NCBI GenBank assembly: GCA_964234715.1
Contig: OZ174286.1
Direction: 5' to 3' (one strand)
DNA from: Podarcis melisellensis
Taxonomy: Eukaryota
Length of the DNA stretch: 64,000 nucleotides
Shown here: one piece after another, positions 49,607-62,766 of the stretch
How the letters are laid out: each line of letters opens with the position of its first letter
Numbering within the stretch: the stretch's first letter is position 1
Notes under the pieces: generated by a model
Database searches by the model: none
What the model saw: only the letters and a program-made list of their open reading frames with translations
Told to the model about the DNA's origin: nothing
Translations under genes and position numbers: made by a program

Positions 49607-52411
49607 CTATTAGCACAGGAGGATAAGTGTAAATTATTGGTCGGGTAGGTTTTCAATATGCTAGAGTGAAGTTACTTTACAGTGGCTATCTTTGCACATA
49701 GCACTAAATCATGATTTAGTGTTAAGTGTTTGACATTAACCCGAGCAAAGTCTGAGACACACATGCTTCCTCCTCCCACATGTCCCACATGTTCCAATTT
49801 CCCTTTCACATAAACTTTACTTGTTCTGTCATATGAGCCCACAGATTGCTGCTTAAAAACCCAACTCTGGTCAATTTAAAAGCAAGCCACCTTATGAAGA
49901 CAGTGTGTATAACTAACTAGTTTGCTTTAAGCTACCATCTCTGGTTTGTACAAAACATGCCGATATTTGCTTATTCTGAACCTGATCCTACTTCTTGATG
50001 TGCTACAAGAAAGCTCTGTACCCTATAAAAAAGAAGATTCAGCTAACACCATGAACTGAATCCTAGCTGCCTGGTGTTTCTAAGTCCTTTGTGAACACCC
50101 ACCACTATTATTTGATTAGAATATTTCTAGACCAGAAAAAAAACAAAAAGGGAAGATGTTTAGTATTAGGTGTAAGGGCTAGAACCCACAAATGAACAGC
50201 CACTTTCACACACTAATATAGTCTCATCAGGAAGCATGATAAAGCAGGAGGGGGAGCAAGGTGGCTATGCTTACCACAAGGTACCTAAAGCCATCAGTAC
50301 AATGTAGCCACGAGAAAAGCAACTGTAGGTTAATGAAAAATACAGCTTCATGTGTACAGTTAGGAAATTCAAGCCAATATCCAACGCCTTATTGGACAGT
50401 TTTTGCCACATGCTCAAAAACGATAAAGGAAAACTAATATTACAGGCAAAAAAAACTTTTAGATCTTGGGACTCGAAAATTCAGAAAGGATGGGGCTCTG
50501 GAGCTGTTTAGCCCACTGAAAGAAATAGAGGGAGGGATATAAATGCACTGTATACAAACTTGGGGTGGCTAACACAGCAGAACAAGAAACATGAAGGAAG
50601 GGAGGAGGTGCTTATTACATACACAGTACATTCATTCACCATATGGAGTTGAAATGAATCAAAAATGATAAAAAAAACAGTGGCATATTCAAATGCTGTA
50701 TTATTCTATTATTTGGACTCATCCAGATGCCTCAGCACTTTAAGTTCAATCACTTTACTTTCTAAGCAGTTTTCAAGCCCTTGCAATTCTATTCTCTACC
50801 ATTGTAACACAAGTAGAGCATGTGCATTTTGTGATACAGGAAATGCTTTAAACACACTTAAGAAAATACAACTCACCATGGGCTTTAAATGCCAAGTGAA
50901 CCAGTGGGTTCTGAGGAAAACACTAACTTGGGTGATGAGCCTTTATTTAAGATCATGAAGAAAAAAGCTAACTGCCTGTCAAACCATCTAGCTAAAGCTC
51001 CAACTTCCTAGTTTAAAAGAAACTGAGAACTAGGATGAAGAACCTTAAATCCAAAAGGATAATATAATCCCCTGCCTCAAATACTGGCGGAGAAAGCTAA
51101 GAGTGGCAGCTAGTCTCTTGCAGAAGAGAGGGGAAAATAAAATGCGTCAAACAAAAATGAACTTATTGCTCAGGTAATAATTGGTCTTCTCATGGACGGC
51201 TGCCCTAAGTCACTCTGAATTTCTTGTCTCCATCTGCTGGCAAGATGTCTGTTCATCCAAAGTTCTTGAAGTGTCAAGTGTCAGAATTCTTGTGGCATAT
51301 AGTATATGGCATTTTTATTAAAGGTTTGGCCTTGCTTAAGGCTTCATAACCCCTTGCCTCCATGGCCCCTCCAACTCTGAAGTGGATAAGATTGGTCAGG
51401 AAAAGATAACTTTCTAATGACAACTCTTTAGAAGACTGGCTAACTAAAATCTTGCTTTGTCAATATTTCAACTGAAATAGGAACCACTAGTTTAAATTTA
51501 AACCTCTTTACAAGCAGATGGCCTGTGATGTCTGTTCAATGCAGATAATTCCCTCCAATGTTTTGAGAGCCTGAAGAAAATTAAATTACCATTGTACATA
51601 AGTGGCTCTAGAGAGATGAGTCAGTTCCACCAAAAGAGGAAAAAGTAAACACAAATCAAGAGTTGTTATCACCATGTACTACTTATCAGTTGTGCAGCCC
51701 TACTTGTAATTAGGCTTATTTAATTCCAAAGTGATGCCAAACAGGTTTATTTTTGGCCAAGAGCATACTAGTTCATGTTTCAAAGTCGCTTCAGGTGTTA
51801 ATAAGAGAATAATGAAGAGAAAAAGGATAAACTACTAAAATATCCAGGTCTTGTCTGCAGGGGAGAGGTGTGTGTTTCATCCCTTCCCTCCTCTACCCTG
51901 GCCTACGGCCACAAACCCATCCCACAGCTAATTGCCAACACTCCTAAAGATAATGTACAAGCTAAGGAAACTCATATATGAGAAGAAAAAGTGGGGCTGG
52001 CCAGTGAGTGGTCACGTGCAGAACTACAAGTAGCTGTGAGATCTGCCAGAAGAGGAGAAACACGTAACAGTGGGAGTAGCGGATGAGGAGGAGCTGAGCA
52101 TTCCAGGCGCACGGTGTACATGTCCCGAGGCCCTCAATGATAATGGCAACTGCTGTCTGTAGCTTAGAAATGTTGGCCATCCTGACAAATAGAGCCGCTC
52201 ATAGCTTAGACAAAAGAACATGTTTCAAAAGGCAAGGCTAACAAAGAATCATTGAACAGCTTCTCCTCCTATCTTTTCCAAAAAAGATTCACATGAGGAC
52301 TGCCAAAAACAGGCACAAACCAGACAAAACCACTGACAATTCCTGAAATACTTTTCAACCCTTTGTGCTAAGCAGTATTTTGCCTTTAGGATTTCACTTC
52401 TTCAAAAGTAC

Positions 52412-52531
52412 CTCTTCCGACTCATTTGGAGGTGTCTGGGTGTCAGCAACCTCCTCCAATTCTTCTTCAGCTACATATTCTTGCTGCTCAATTGCTTGCT
52501 GCTCACTGTAGGACTGTATATAATCTTCATC
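52412..52531 (-). CDS. RBM33: RBM33 exon 6 (120 nt, probable cassette): DEDYIQSYSEQQAIEQQEYVAEEELEEVADTQTPPNESEE
   Basis: tttcag|GAT...GAA GAG|gtactt; open frame, phase 0 to 0, acidic like the flanking exons; resembles an insert I recall in mouse Rbm33. Confidence 0.85.
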
Positions 52532-53984
52532 CTGAAATAATTGCATGATGAAAATGTTTTAATCTTAAAATGCTTCTGCTTGTGGGAGGAAGCTATGGGA
52601 GGACACAAATTTCATCTGAAGCTGCCTGGGTCTCTTGGTCACAACTGACTGTTCTGTCAGAGCCAGTCTTAACCAGGGTTCCTTCTTAACCAGAATTTAA
52701 AGCTGGTTACAAGGAAAACCAAATAATGTTAACCATAACTTTAATGTAACACTTAGATGTGATTAAGGAAGGCAAGAGGGAATTTGAGCATGTTAGTTAA
52801 AGGGAAGGGTGAGGGAAGAGATTGTGAACCTTTATGTTTGGTAATGGCCCCAACTAGAATGCTCTGAGTTCAATCCATGTTGAAGGTACTAACGTCTCTT
52901 GCACAAACAACTAGTTTAGGAGAATATAAACTATGAGTGGGAAACCTGTGACTCTCCAGATTGGACTACAAACTCCATCATCCCATTCTGGCTGGGCTGA
53001 AGGGCCACAGGTGCCACCAGCCCTTATTATTTCAACACAAACTGATGGTTTCAAAGCAGTAAGTTAGTTTACTATAACCACTATAGCTATGAAACATTAT
53101 GAACTTAATTAAGAGTAAATAGCACCAATTCCTTAAGATGTTTTTCTTTTCCAATTTTAGCGAAGGCTCTACTCCATACATAAGCAGTGCAGCACCACTA
53201 TAATCCAACAAGTATACTTCTTTCCCTTTAATATCATAACATATGCCCACAGAGTAATTTCTAGTAACTCCCAACTACTAGATGCTTTACCACCTTGCAC
53301 AACACTTTACTACATGCTTTACAAGAAATAAATGAAGCAAGTTTAAGATATCAATGAATCCGTTGCTTCTTTATATATATTTTTGTACACAATATTTTGG
53401 ACAGATAGTTATGTTATTTTCAACTCAAGTTGGGCAGCCGCTTCAGCAACTTCAACTGAAACAATTATGCATATGACATTTGGTGAAGTAACCTCCAACC
53501 TCTTTATTCAGCTTTAGACAGTTCTCAGTTACAAAAAAAAGAGGAGGGGTGGAAAGGAGCAAGCAGGACATCAATCACTTTGGAATATTAGCACCTTAAA
53601 GATGTCTTTAGCAGGTCAATAATCTTTTCACCTTCGAAGGACTTTATCAGATCGTGTCTAAAGCCTGGATAAAAGCTTTTGCATTAAGTACTTCTAACAA
53701 TTGGCACTGTCTCCCCACCACACAAAGCTGTTTTTTCCTTAAGGATACAATCCTCAAGGTCATGATTCTCAACTGCCTTCCAGAATGACAAAGGAGCATT
53801 ACCTACAGCCAAACAAGCTGTCAACACAAACTTTGTCACAGCCTAGATAAAGAAACTGGCAGACAGTGATAATAGGTCTAATTTTCCCCACATCCCTAGG
53901 GAGGTAAACAGATTTCAAATCAGTCTAAAAACCTAGGCATGTGGAGCAATGTTATCTCAGATAATACAATAGAAAGAAACTCAC

Positions 53985-54297
53985 TGTAAAATCATCTAGA
54001 GGTTCATTGATTTCGAGATCTAGCACTCCATCATTATAAATCTCTTCTTCTCCCTGATCTTCCCCATATTCTATTTGGTCTTCTGTCAGCTCAGCCTCTT
54101 GGCCTTCATACTGCCCTTCTTCTGTGTATTCCCCAGAATACTCTTCAGGCACTTCTGATTTGTCATAGCCCAGTTCATCCTCCCCTTGTTCATACTCTGA
54201 ATCTTGTTCAACAGACTGATCATTGGCATGCTCCGAGAGTTCAAAGGATGTAGCTACTTCAGATGTAGCATTAAGACTAACTGTGACACCTTGAGTG
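53985..54297 (-). CDS. RBM33: RBM33 exon 5 (313 nt), acidic region (S)TQGVTVSLNATS...LEINEPLDDFT
   Basis: tcatag|C ACT...TTT ACA|gtgagt; inside ORF 53952..54389; phase 2 to 0. Confidence 0.96.
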
Positions 54298-55189
54298 CTA
54301 TGATAACAGTAAAAAAAAGGAAGATGAAAAATCAATATATTAACCACAGTATGACAGCAGGTTGTGTGCATGTACATTCTGTACAGCATGCAGATAGATC
54401 ATACAGTGTCTGCATTCAATAGCAAAGTGCATAGCTCACACATCGACTTGACTCTATGCCACGAACTCATAATATGCATACTTATACCACAGCTTATCAT
54501 CAGCTGCAGGCTATTTGACCAGAGGGATCAAACCAACCAGATGGTCTAACAGGTTAGGCTGACAAGAAGTACAAGGTAGCCAAGCAAGCTGCCGTTCATG
54601 TTAATTCCCAGACTACCGTACACTATCACAACACTCACTACTCATCAGCCTGAGCTACATTAATGATGCCAGACATCAATTTGGACTTTCATTCACTTTT
54701 ATTTCTTACAATGAAATAATGCTTTTAAAGGGGTAGGGCTGTTTGAATAGACTTTGAATTGAAATCTGCATCGTCTGTAAAAGTTCTATTTTAAATTTGT
54801 CCTCAAAGTGTCTTATCTAGAATTTGAGGATTCAGAAGAAGTTAACCAACAAATTCTGCAGTAAAAGTCAATGACAATTTAGCCAACTATAGGATCTCCC
54901 CCACCTTAAAATGCCCTTAACTATCCAGAAGGAACAATCCTCTAGTTTTCTTGCCTATCTTTCAAAAAACGGACACGTTAAGACAGAGAGATGAACAAAT
55001 TAATGCAGAAGAGAGTATGGGACTGAATGTTGAAGTTGTGCACCAATGCAAATTATTAGGATTTCCATCCAATTAAAAGAAAACCTAGTTGACCAGTTAA
55101 CTCTACAGATTAACTGTAATCCAGTCAAATTGTTACATTTGTGTATGAATAAAAACAACCTTTCTTAGGCAACAATCATATAATGTGTA

Positions 55190-55296
55190 ATATCCACTGT
55201 TAGCCAAACTCAGAATAGACCCAATGAAATCAATGGACATAAGTTCATTATTTTCAGTGGGTCTACTCTATGATTACTCAGGCTTCATTGGATATC
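55190..55296. repeat. Short imperfect palindromic interspersed repeat
   Basis: agaatagacccaatgaaat / atttcagtgggtctactct-like arms; related degraded copies near 11250 and 58490. Confidence 0.55.
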
Positions 55297-56099
55297 TCTC
55301 TAGGTGTTTAAAATTATGCACGTTACCACAGGTATCACCTAAGGAGAGGCCTTGTTACCTACACAAGGAATTATGAGGCTTGCCATCTGAGGTTTTCAGA
55401 AGTATTCACTGCTACAGAACATTGCAGTGATGTGGGATGGAATTTTTTCCAGTGCTTTATTATTTTACAGGAAAAAAATGTTTCATACATTCATTAGTAA
55501 CAATAAATGAATGAAAACTGCATATGTGATATTAGATAAGCTTGGCAATTTCAACATTTTCAGCTTTGTTCACTAAACACAAATAAAATAAACATGCTAA
55601 CTGTCATTCTGGGAATTAAGAAAAATTGTCAATGCAGACTGAAAAATTTCAAATGCAAATTACCCTGCTATTATAATTAATGTAAGAAAATGCAAAATTT
55701 TCAGACAAATCCACACAACTATTTTTTAACTGATAAAATATTTTTATTTTTAAATATTTTTAGACAATTATATACTGCAGGCCTAAAATTTAACCAATTA
55801 TTCAATTGGAATGTCTCGTTAAAAATAAACTCCTGTTGGCTTCCAAAATGGAAACCAACTTTTTTAATCAGAATAGCACTGCTGAATGCATCTGAGGAAA
55901 CAGGCTCTATATAGCAGCTGTATTTTCTTCAACTTTGTCTCAAATGTGAATTTCTAGTCATACTCTTCCAATGTAAAAAGTAACTTATCTTCTCTTCCCA
56001 ATATGAAACACGTGAACACCCCTATTTCGGTAAGACTCATTCAAGGCACTGATCTAGAAACCCAATTACATTACTGGGGTGAAGTAGTAAGAGACAAAC

Positions 56100-56176
56100 C
56101 TGAAATGTTGGTCCTCTTCGTTGTCACTCTGTAGAAGATCATCATTCAGTTCTTCATCTGACATATCTGACTGCGT
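56100..56176 (-). CDS. RBM33: RBM33 exon 4 (77 nt): TQSDMSDEELNDDLLQSDNEEDQHF(S)
   Basis: atttag|ACG...TTC AG|gtttgt; phase 0 to 2. Confidence 0.95.
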
Positions 56177-56676
56177 CTAAATTTTAAATTTAAAGAATTG
56201 CCCTTGAGATAACCCAATATGTAACATTTAAGAACACAGCAAAGAAAGCTGCTCTCTCAGCAGTGAACCTTTTACAAGTAAGCAGCATTCTTTCATGATT
56301 AACACTGTTTTACGGCTTTACGCTGAACAGCCCATGAACCAACTGATTAGCTATCTTCAATATTTTCAGACTCAGAGCCCACTTTTAACTCAAACATCTT
56401 TTACCATATATATGCATGGTGGTAGCGCTCCTGTTGCAACCCACCTTCAATCAGGCTGCTACCCACAAGTGGGTCCAAACCCACCAGTTAAAGACCATTG
56501 GATTAGAAGAAAATAGTATAAAACTTTGTATTTAAATGGGCTGCATAAAAAACTGATGAAAATTCGTTTTAAAAAAATCAACATTCACAAGCAATTTCAA
56601 AACTTACAGTAACAGCCTGACTTTGAAGAAGGAAAGCACATTTTCCAATATTAGGGCTAGACAATGTAATAAAAAA

Positions 56677-57112
56677 TCAGTGTGGTGCAGTGGCAAGAGT
56701 GTTTGATTTAAATCAGGGAATCCAAAGTTTAAATCTCAGCTCAGTCTCAATACAGTAAGCCGACAACTTACATGCGGTTATGTTCCAGGGATTGGGCCTA
56801 AAGCCAAAATTGTGTATAATCAAAACATATCAGGTGCAATGGTGGGTGGGATTGTCAAAGCAGTTTTTTTTCCTCTACGTCCACCCAATTCTACCCCTCT
56901 TTTCCATTATTATTATTTTTACCAAGCACGTAAGGTATATGCGCACAAGGTAGATGTGCATAAGTTGTAGGCTTACTGAACTCAAAAGGCATCTCTGGGC
57001 CAATCACTATCTCTAAGTTTTACAACAATTTGTTAAGGAAGGTTAGGACAGAAAGGAGAGACTTGTGTACGCCACCCTAAACTCCTTGGAGGAAGGCTGG
57101 TCTAAATAATAA
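56677..57112 (+). mobile_element. Old tRNA-derived SINE split by a Tigger-like MITE
   Basis: Head agtgtggtgcagtggcaagagtg...gtttaaatctc; resumes after 56980 with ctctgggccaatcactatctct...ctccttggaggaagg...aataataaa. Confidence 0.7.
56753..56978. mobile_element. Tigger-like MITE nested in the SINE
   Basis: TIR CAGTAAGCCGACAACTTA / TAAGTTGTAGGCTTACTG, preceded by TA. Confidence 0.8.
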
Positions 57113-58308
57113 AGTGGTTTGAAAGTGGTAGCCATGAGATCTTACAAGACTCCTCAGAATCAGAGCTTACATTTGAAGAATGCCTACTGCCTATGAAAAA
57201 CATACCAGTGTCTGTTATAAATATAAATATGTATAGAGTAGTGGAATGGAAATGAACTAGAGGCCACACAAAGGGAAGATAAAAAGAATCTGGTTTTTGC
57301 ACAATCACATATCAGGGTTTCTAACTTGATCTCTTGACCAATAGGAGTTTGTAGTACCAAAGCTTGTGGCAACACTGCTGGCTAGAAGGTTCAATTGGCA
57401 AGACAAGAGACCAGAAACTGTGCCATGAAAACTAAACACCAGACAAAACTGGGAAAAAGCCAACAATTACTGCTGAACTTACAGAAAAACTCCTCTCACA
57501 GCAGCATGCTACATGACAGAATATTTAAAAGATGTGACCTTGGGACAATAAAGTGGGTTTTATTGGGCAGGGGTGGTGGTGAAGCACTTAGGATTTAACA
57601 AACGTATGTATATTCAGCTCTCTCTTACTCAACATCTAAAGGCTGCTATTCTAAAGGTTATTTTATGTGCTTATTTATAAAATTTGTATACTGCCCTTAA
57701 TTCAAAGATCTCAGGGCAGTTCACAGCGTATAAATACAAGATAAAACCATAAAATACATAATAAAAACAAGAAAACACACACCTGCAACACACTTAAAAG
57801 GATAGAGGATATAAATCAGCCAAAGGCCTGGTTGAAAGGCTAACTGGGAAAGATCTAGAGACAGAAAGTGTGTGGAAATTGGAAGGAGTTCAGAGAACAG
57901 CAGCAAAATTGCTAAAGGTTGGATAAGCTGCTATGCTGCTCTGAACACCTTCCAATTTGTTAATTGTGTTGTCAACATTTGTTTCCATCCAACAGAAAGC
58001 AGGTCAAGTAACCAAAAAAGAGGCATATTAGTACAACTTGTTTTAAAGGACAACATATCCAATTTTATATTAACCCAAAAAAGACAATTTTAAAAGCAGG
58101 CTAAAAAAATTCTTTGAAAAAAGAAATAGCTTGATCGTTAAGTAGAAGATTAACAAAAATGCAACAGGGATGAAGTAAGTGAGACAACAGATCTACTACT
58201 GTTTGCTTTGTTTAAAAATGCTGCAAGAAAAATGATAGGGAAACCACCACATGATAGGTTTAAGAAGCAGTATGAACAAACCGCATCACAAGCAACAAGA
58301 GGCTAGAT

Positions 58309-58444
58309 CAGGCATAGGTAAACTCGGCCCTCCAGATGTTTTGGGACTACAATTCCCATCATCCCTAGCTAATAGGACTAGTGGTCGGGTATGATGGGAA
58401 TTGTAGTCCCAAAGCATCTGGAGGGCCGAGTTTGCCTATGCCTG
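58309..58444. mobile_element. Young palindromic hAT MITE
   Basis: Arms of about 55 bp nearly perfectly complementary; perfect 8-bp TSD ggctagat at 58301-58308 and 58445-58452. Confidence 0.93.
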
Positions 58445-59873
58445 GGCTAGATTGTACTAAACAATGGGTTAGACCAAACCCAAGTTAGCTGGATCCACTG
58501 AAGTCAATGATATTCAAGTCATGACTCAAAGTCAGTAAGAGAGTGGGTACTTGCCACAAGTGTTTATGCTTTGTGGCCCACAATTTTTGCTATCCTAGTA
58601 GCCAAACCACAATAACCCTTCATTTGTTGACCTTGCACTGCAGCTCTGTATGAGATCAAACACAATCCCCTACTCCACTCTAGGGTTTGGAGCTAGAAAG
58701 AGGTAACTTGCTGGTTTGTGTGCCTAGACAACTCCAAAGCTGGGAAGGTGGCTATAATGCATTACAGGCTGGGGTCCACTTGCCACAGCAACCACAGAAC
58801 CTTGTTTATAATGGATATTCCCTCCTCATTTGATTTACTACATACACAGACCTTGTCTCAAAGAAAAATCCATGTTTAACATCAAACAGGACTAATAGCT
58901 ACATCAAGTATAGCAATGCATACTTTGGAGAACACTGGTATTTTTCAGTGCAAAGAAAACACAAATTGCTGAATTCATGACTCTGCATAAAATAATATCA
59001 ATATGCTCATTTTACTTTTGCCAGCCCACAGAAAGGGGAAAACAGCTATTAAAAGGAGCCTAACAAGCTTTCCACATCCAAACCTCTGGGAAATTTTCTC
59101 AGCCCTCCTCTGATTTCCATAATTTCACAAAGCGCTAGTAACATTTTGGCATCCATCTGTCTCAGGAGACAATGGCAGGGGTAAAGACACACGCTTTATT
59201 GCAAGTGGGGCAGATGAAGGTGTTTTGCTGCTGCAGGTGCACCACCGAGTTTATTCTCTCTGTGCTCCTCCCAGAGGTCATTTGTCCTCTGGTCACTACT
59301 GTTCATACATGAACTGCTTGTCTGTTTCCAGGCACTGCTATAAGGGCCAGAAAAGCTGAATGCTGCAAATCTGATGGTTTTCAACCCTGTATTCAAATAT
59401 CTGTTTTTTTCCACTTGCCTGGCAAGATCATTGATACTTGGTATACAAGCTCCTGCTAAATAGTCAGGTGAGAGTTTAAAAAGAGCTATTTGTCATTATT
59501 AAACAAGAATATCGCATACTTCAAGTTTCCCCTCAATGCAACTGCTCTATATAACCAACCTTTGGTCTTAGAACAGGTCCTTCTAGCAGTAGCTTCTGTG
59601 TACATTTATGTTCATAACTGCCCTCACACCACTTTGTGAAGTAAGCAGGAGAAACTGCCAATCATTCCATACATGAAAGAAATAGCACTGGCTGGGAAAC
59701 CTGGCTTTGTTGAACTCTTTTCAGGCTGCCATATACAAGCACATGCTTGAAGATAAACACAATCAGGTTACTGTCAGAGCTGCTCCAATAAACTCTACAA
59801 AAACAGAAAACTGGCAGAACCACAGAAGTTAATGTCTTTTTTACATATTTATGCATACAGCTTACTTATTTAC

Positions 59874-59922
59874 CTTTTTGCCAGCCAGCAAATCTTCTCC
59901 TAGCAAGTCATCGTCTAATTCA
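59874..59922 (-). CDS. RBM33: RBM33 exon 3 (49 nt): (S)ELDDDLLGEDLLAGKK
   Basis: ttccag|T GAA...AAA AAG|gtaaat; phase 2 to 0; too short for the ORF track. Confidence 0.95.
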
Positions 59923-61749
59923 CTGGAAGAAAAAATCATTCACAGACTTACAATGAGCTTTCTGAAGCAAGGATTCTAAAAGCTATTGTAGTAATTCATA
60001 AAATAGTCAAAGTTATAGAAATGAGGAAGCAATTTCAGGGTTGCCATATTTCAAAAACAGGTTTTTTTAGGAAACCACCAAAATAAAAACTCTGCTGTTA
60101 TGGGAGCCTTTTGTCTGAATAGTGAGATAAAAATACTTTAAATAAACAAACAATTAAATTTATTATTATTTAGGTGACTTAAAGGCTAGAGACAAATAGT
60201 TACATAGTGCTTCATGATGATTCTAAAAGAACTTATGGTTTCCATTTTACCACCAGTTATTTAATATTGAATCCTCCAGATCATTTTTGACCACTGACTC
60301 TTAACAGTACTGAAGAACAGCAAATTAAATATAACAAATGCAAAACACATTTTGATGTATCTAATTTTAAAGAAAGATTAGCAGTCTCAAAACCATAGTT
60401 AGTGCTTGATTTAACTCCTTTCAAGAAAAGCTACTTACCACAGCGTAAACCTCTCATGGAAAGAGGCAGGGAACTTACTGAGGATAAGGAGTGTCACAAA
60501 GAAAGACTGCCAATCTTCATATAATGTAATTCCAACACATTATCAACATTGCTAGGGGTTCTTTTGGCTCAAGTTTGTGGTCACCAAGATATTATCACTC
60601 CTTCTCCCCGATAGCTCAGTCTGGTTTTGCCATACGTTGGAGCAACATTCAAGCCTGTCTTGTCTTAGTTATCTAGACTCTGTTTGGAGCTCTCCAGGGT
60701 GCTACTTGCTGTGACTGGTGTTTTAGGACTGCAACCTCTGCTTTCTTTGCCTGATCTTACTTGGTCATGCTCACTGGCATCCAACCTCAAGATTACTAAA
60801 CCTTGCCCAACTGGAATCCAGTCTCTCCTTGACCTGGCTTTATTGACTGGATCCTGAACTGGCACTAGCAGTGCATGACCTTGCATCCCTGGACTAGCAC
60901 ACACATCCACTCAGGCTAGAACCCTTACCACTGACAGAACACCAGTCCCCTAATGTTTTCTCCTGAAATTAAACATGCATGGGGAGAAATGCTCATTGCT
61001 GTTCAGGACAATAGGTCAGGAGGGCCATTCATCAAAACCACCCTAAAGATACTGCATTAGAAAGAAAGTGAAAGTTCACCCATACAATTTCTGAAGAGAA
61101 CACATATCTAAGAGAAATCAACTATTCGAGCTGAAAAATGCAACAGTTTGCGTAACCTACAATTCCTATTCCTTCCTCTTATCAAAGATTACCAGCAACT
61201 TTCTTTCTCCGCATCTCCTCTGTTCCCACCCCACAAAGAAGTGGAAGCATTTGCTCTGTTGAAAAGCAGGTGCTAACTGGGATGGGGACACCAATATCCT
61301 TTCCAAGTGGCAAGAAAGAATTCAGATATGAAGTAGTAGTAACAAGATATAAAAGCAAGCTGTCATTCTATTGGTGTTCACAGTGCAAAACATTTGGAAG
61401 AAAAAAGGATCGTGTGCAAATATTACACCATGGGGGCCTGAACATATGGTGTGCTGCAAAGAAATAATGTTCTGCTGCAGTCATGTCCTGGCTGCTGACT
61501 AAAGCAGCTGGAGTCAACATTGCTGGCACTCTGGAACTATCTCAAAAGAGTGTAGGGAACAACTATTACAGGCCACTTGAACCTAACTGTACACAATGAT
61601 AGCATTTTCAGAGACTCTTCCCTAGCTACAGCCACCATCTGTAACCCTACACCTCTTCCTATACTATGAAGATCTGAAATAGTGCCAGAGTGGCAGCACT
61701 AGTTGCAGTTGCTGCTTTGGTGAAAAGGGTCTTGTTTCTTAGCTGAATA

Positions 61750-61990
61750 CTGGGGACAGGGCTCTCACTGTGACGGTACTCTGCTTATGGAACATTCTTC
61801 CCTGGCAGATTTGCCTGGTACCGATCCTGGTGTCTTTTCAGCATCAGCAAAGACTTTTTTGTTTATTTTCCCACAAGTTTTATTTAACTCTTACTGCTTG
61901 TTTTAATGCTGCTGTTTAATGCTGTTACCTGTTTTTTTAGTACTGTGTTTTACTGTTCTATTATTTATTTTAATCGTACTTTGGTAAGTT
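61750..61990 (+). mobile_element. Degraded L2 3' fragment
   Basis: gacagggctctcactgtgacggtactctgcttatggaacattcttccc...tcttttcagcatcagcaaagactttttt followed by a T-rich UTR. Confidence 0.55.
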
Positions 61991-62687
61991 TGTAAATGTT
62001 TATATTTAAGGGCACCACAAAAACGTTAACAAAAAATAAATATGTAACCTGTTTTGAGATCTACAGGAATGATAATGTGTTAGCCACTCAATACTGCTAG
62101 GAGCTGTTGCATTCAGTTTGCCTTAAGATCTAGGGGCACCAACAATGCAGTTCTCTACAACTTGCCTTGTATAAGATGCTGCTGTAAGCCAATGCAGCAC
62201 AACCCTTTGCTTGCATCACAACAGAAGGTAGTCCTGGGTTTGAAGTCTCAAATATTTGCCACTAGCATTAATAGGAAAAATGGCAAAAGTCAATTTAGAT
62301 ATTAAAAAATGTTTAAGAGGGTTTTTAGGAACCTGTTTGTATCCAAGATAAAACATGTTATGCTTTAAAGCAAAAAATATTTTTCCCATGGAATTCTCTC
62401 TTCTTAACTAAACTGCATTTAGTTATGAAGCCAACTGCAAGAGCAAGCCTTACCCTGCCAACATTTTATGCAATGTTCTTCATTATACTAGACTTGTTCA
62501 TGTCTCCAGATTAAGCTCTTCACGACAGGTGTACATTATCCACAACTGAGCATATGACACAAACACAGCAGGCAGATAACTTCATTAGTGTATGAATTTG
62601 CACTTTAAAAAAGCAGGATACAAAATACAAACTCAAAATAAAATGGAATTCCATATAATGAACAACAACATTTTTAAAAGGGCTTAC

Positions 62688-62766
62688 CTGTCCCAGTCTT
62701 CATCTCCAGTTCTCCTCCTCCAAGATCTTTCTGCACCAGGCTTATCGAACTGATCAAAGTCATCAT
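62688..62766 (-). CDS. RBM33: RBM33 exon 2 (79 nt): (D)DDFDQFDKPGAERSWRRRTGDEDWD(S)
   Basis: ttacag|AT...GACAG|gtaagc; phase 1 to 2; near-identical to the RBM33 N-terminus. Confidence 0.96.
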
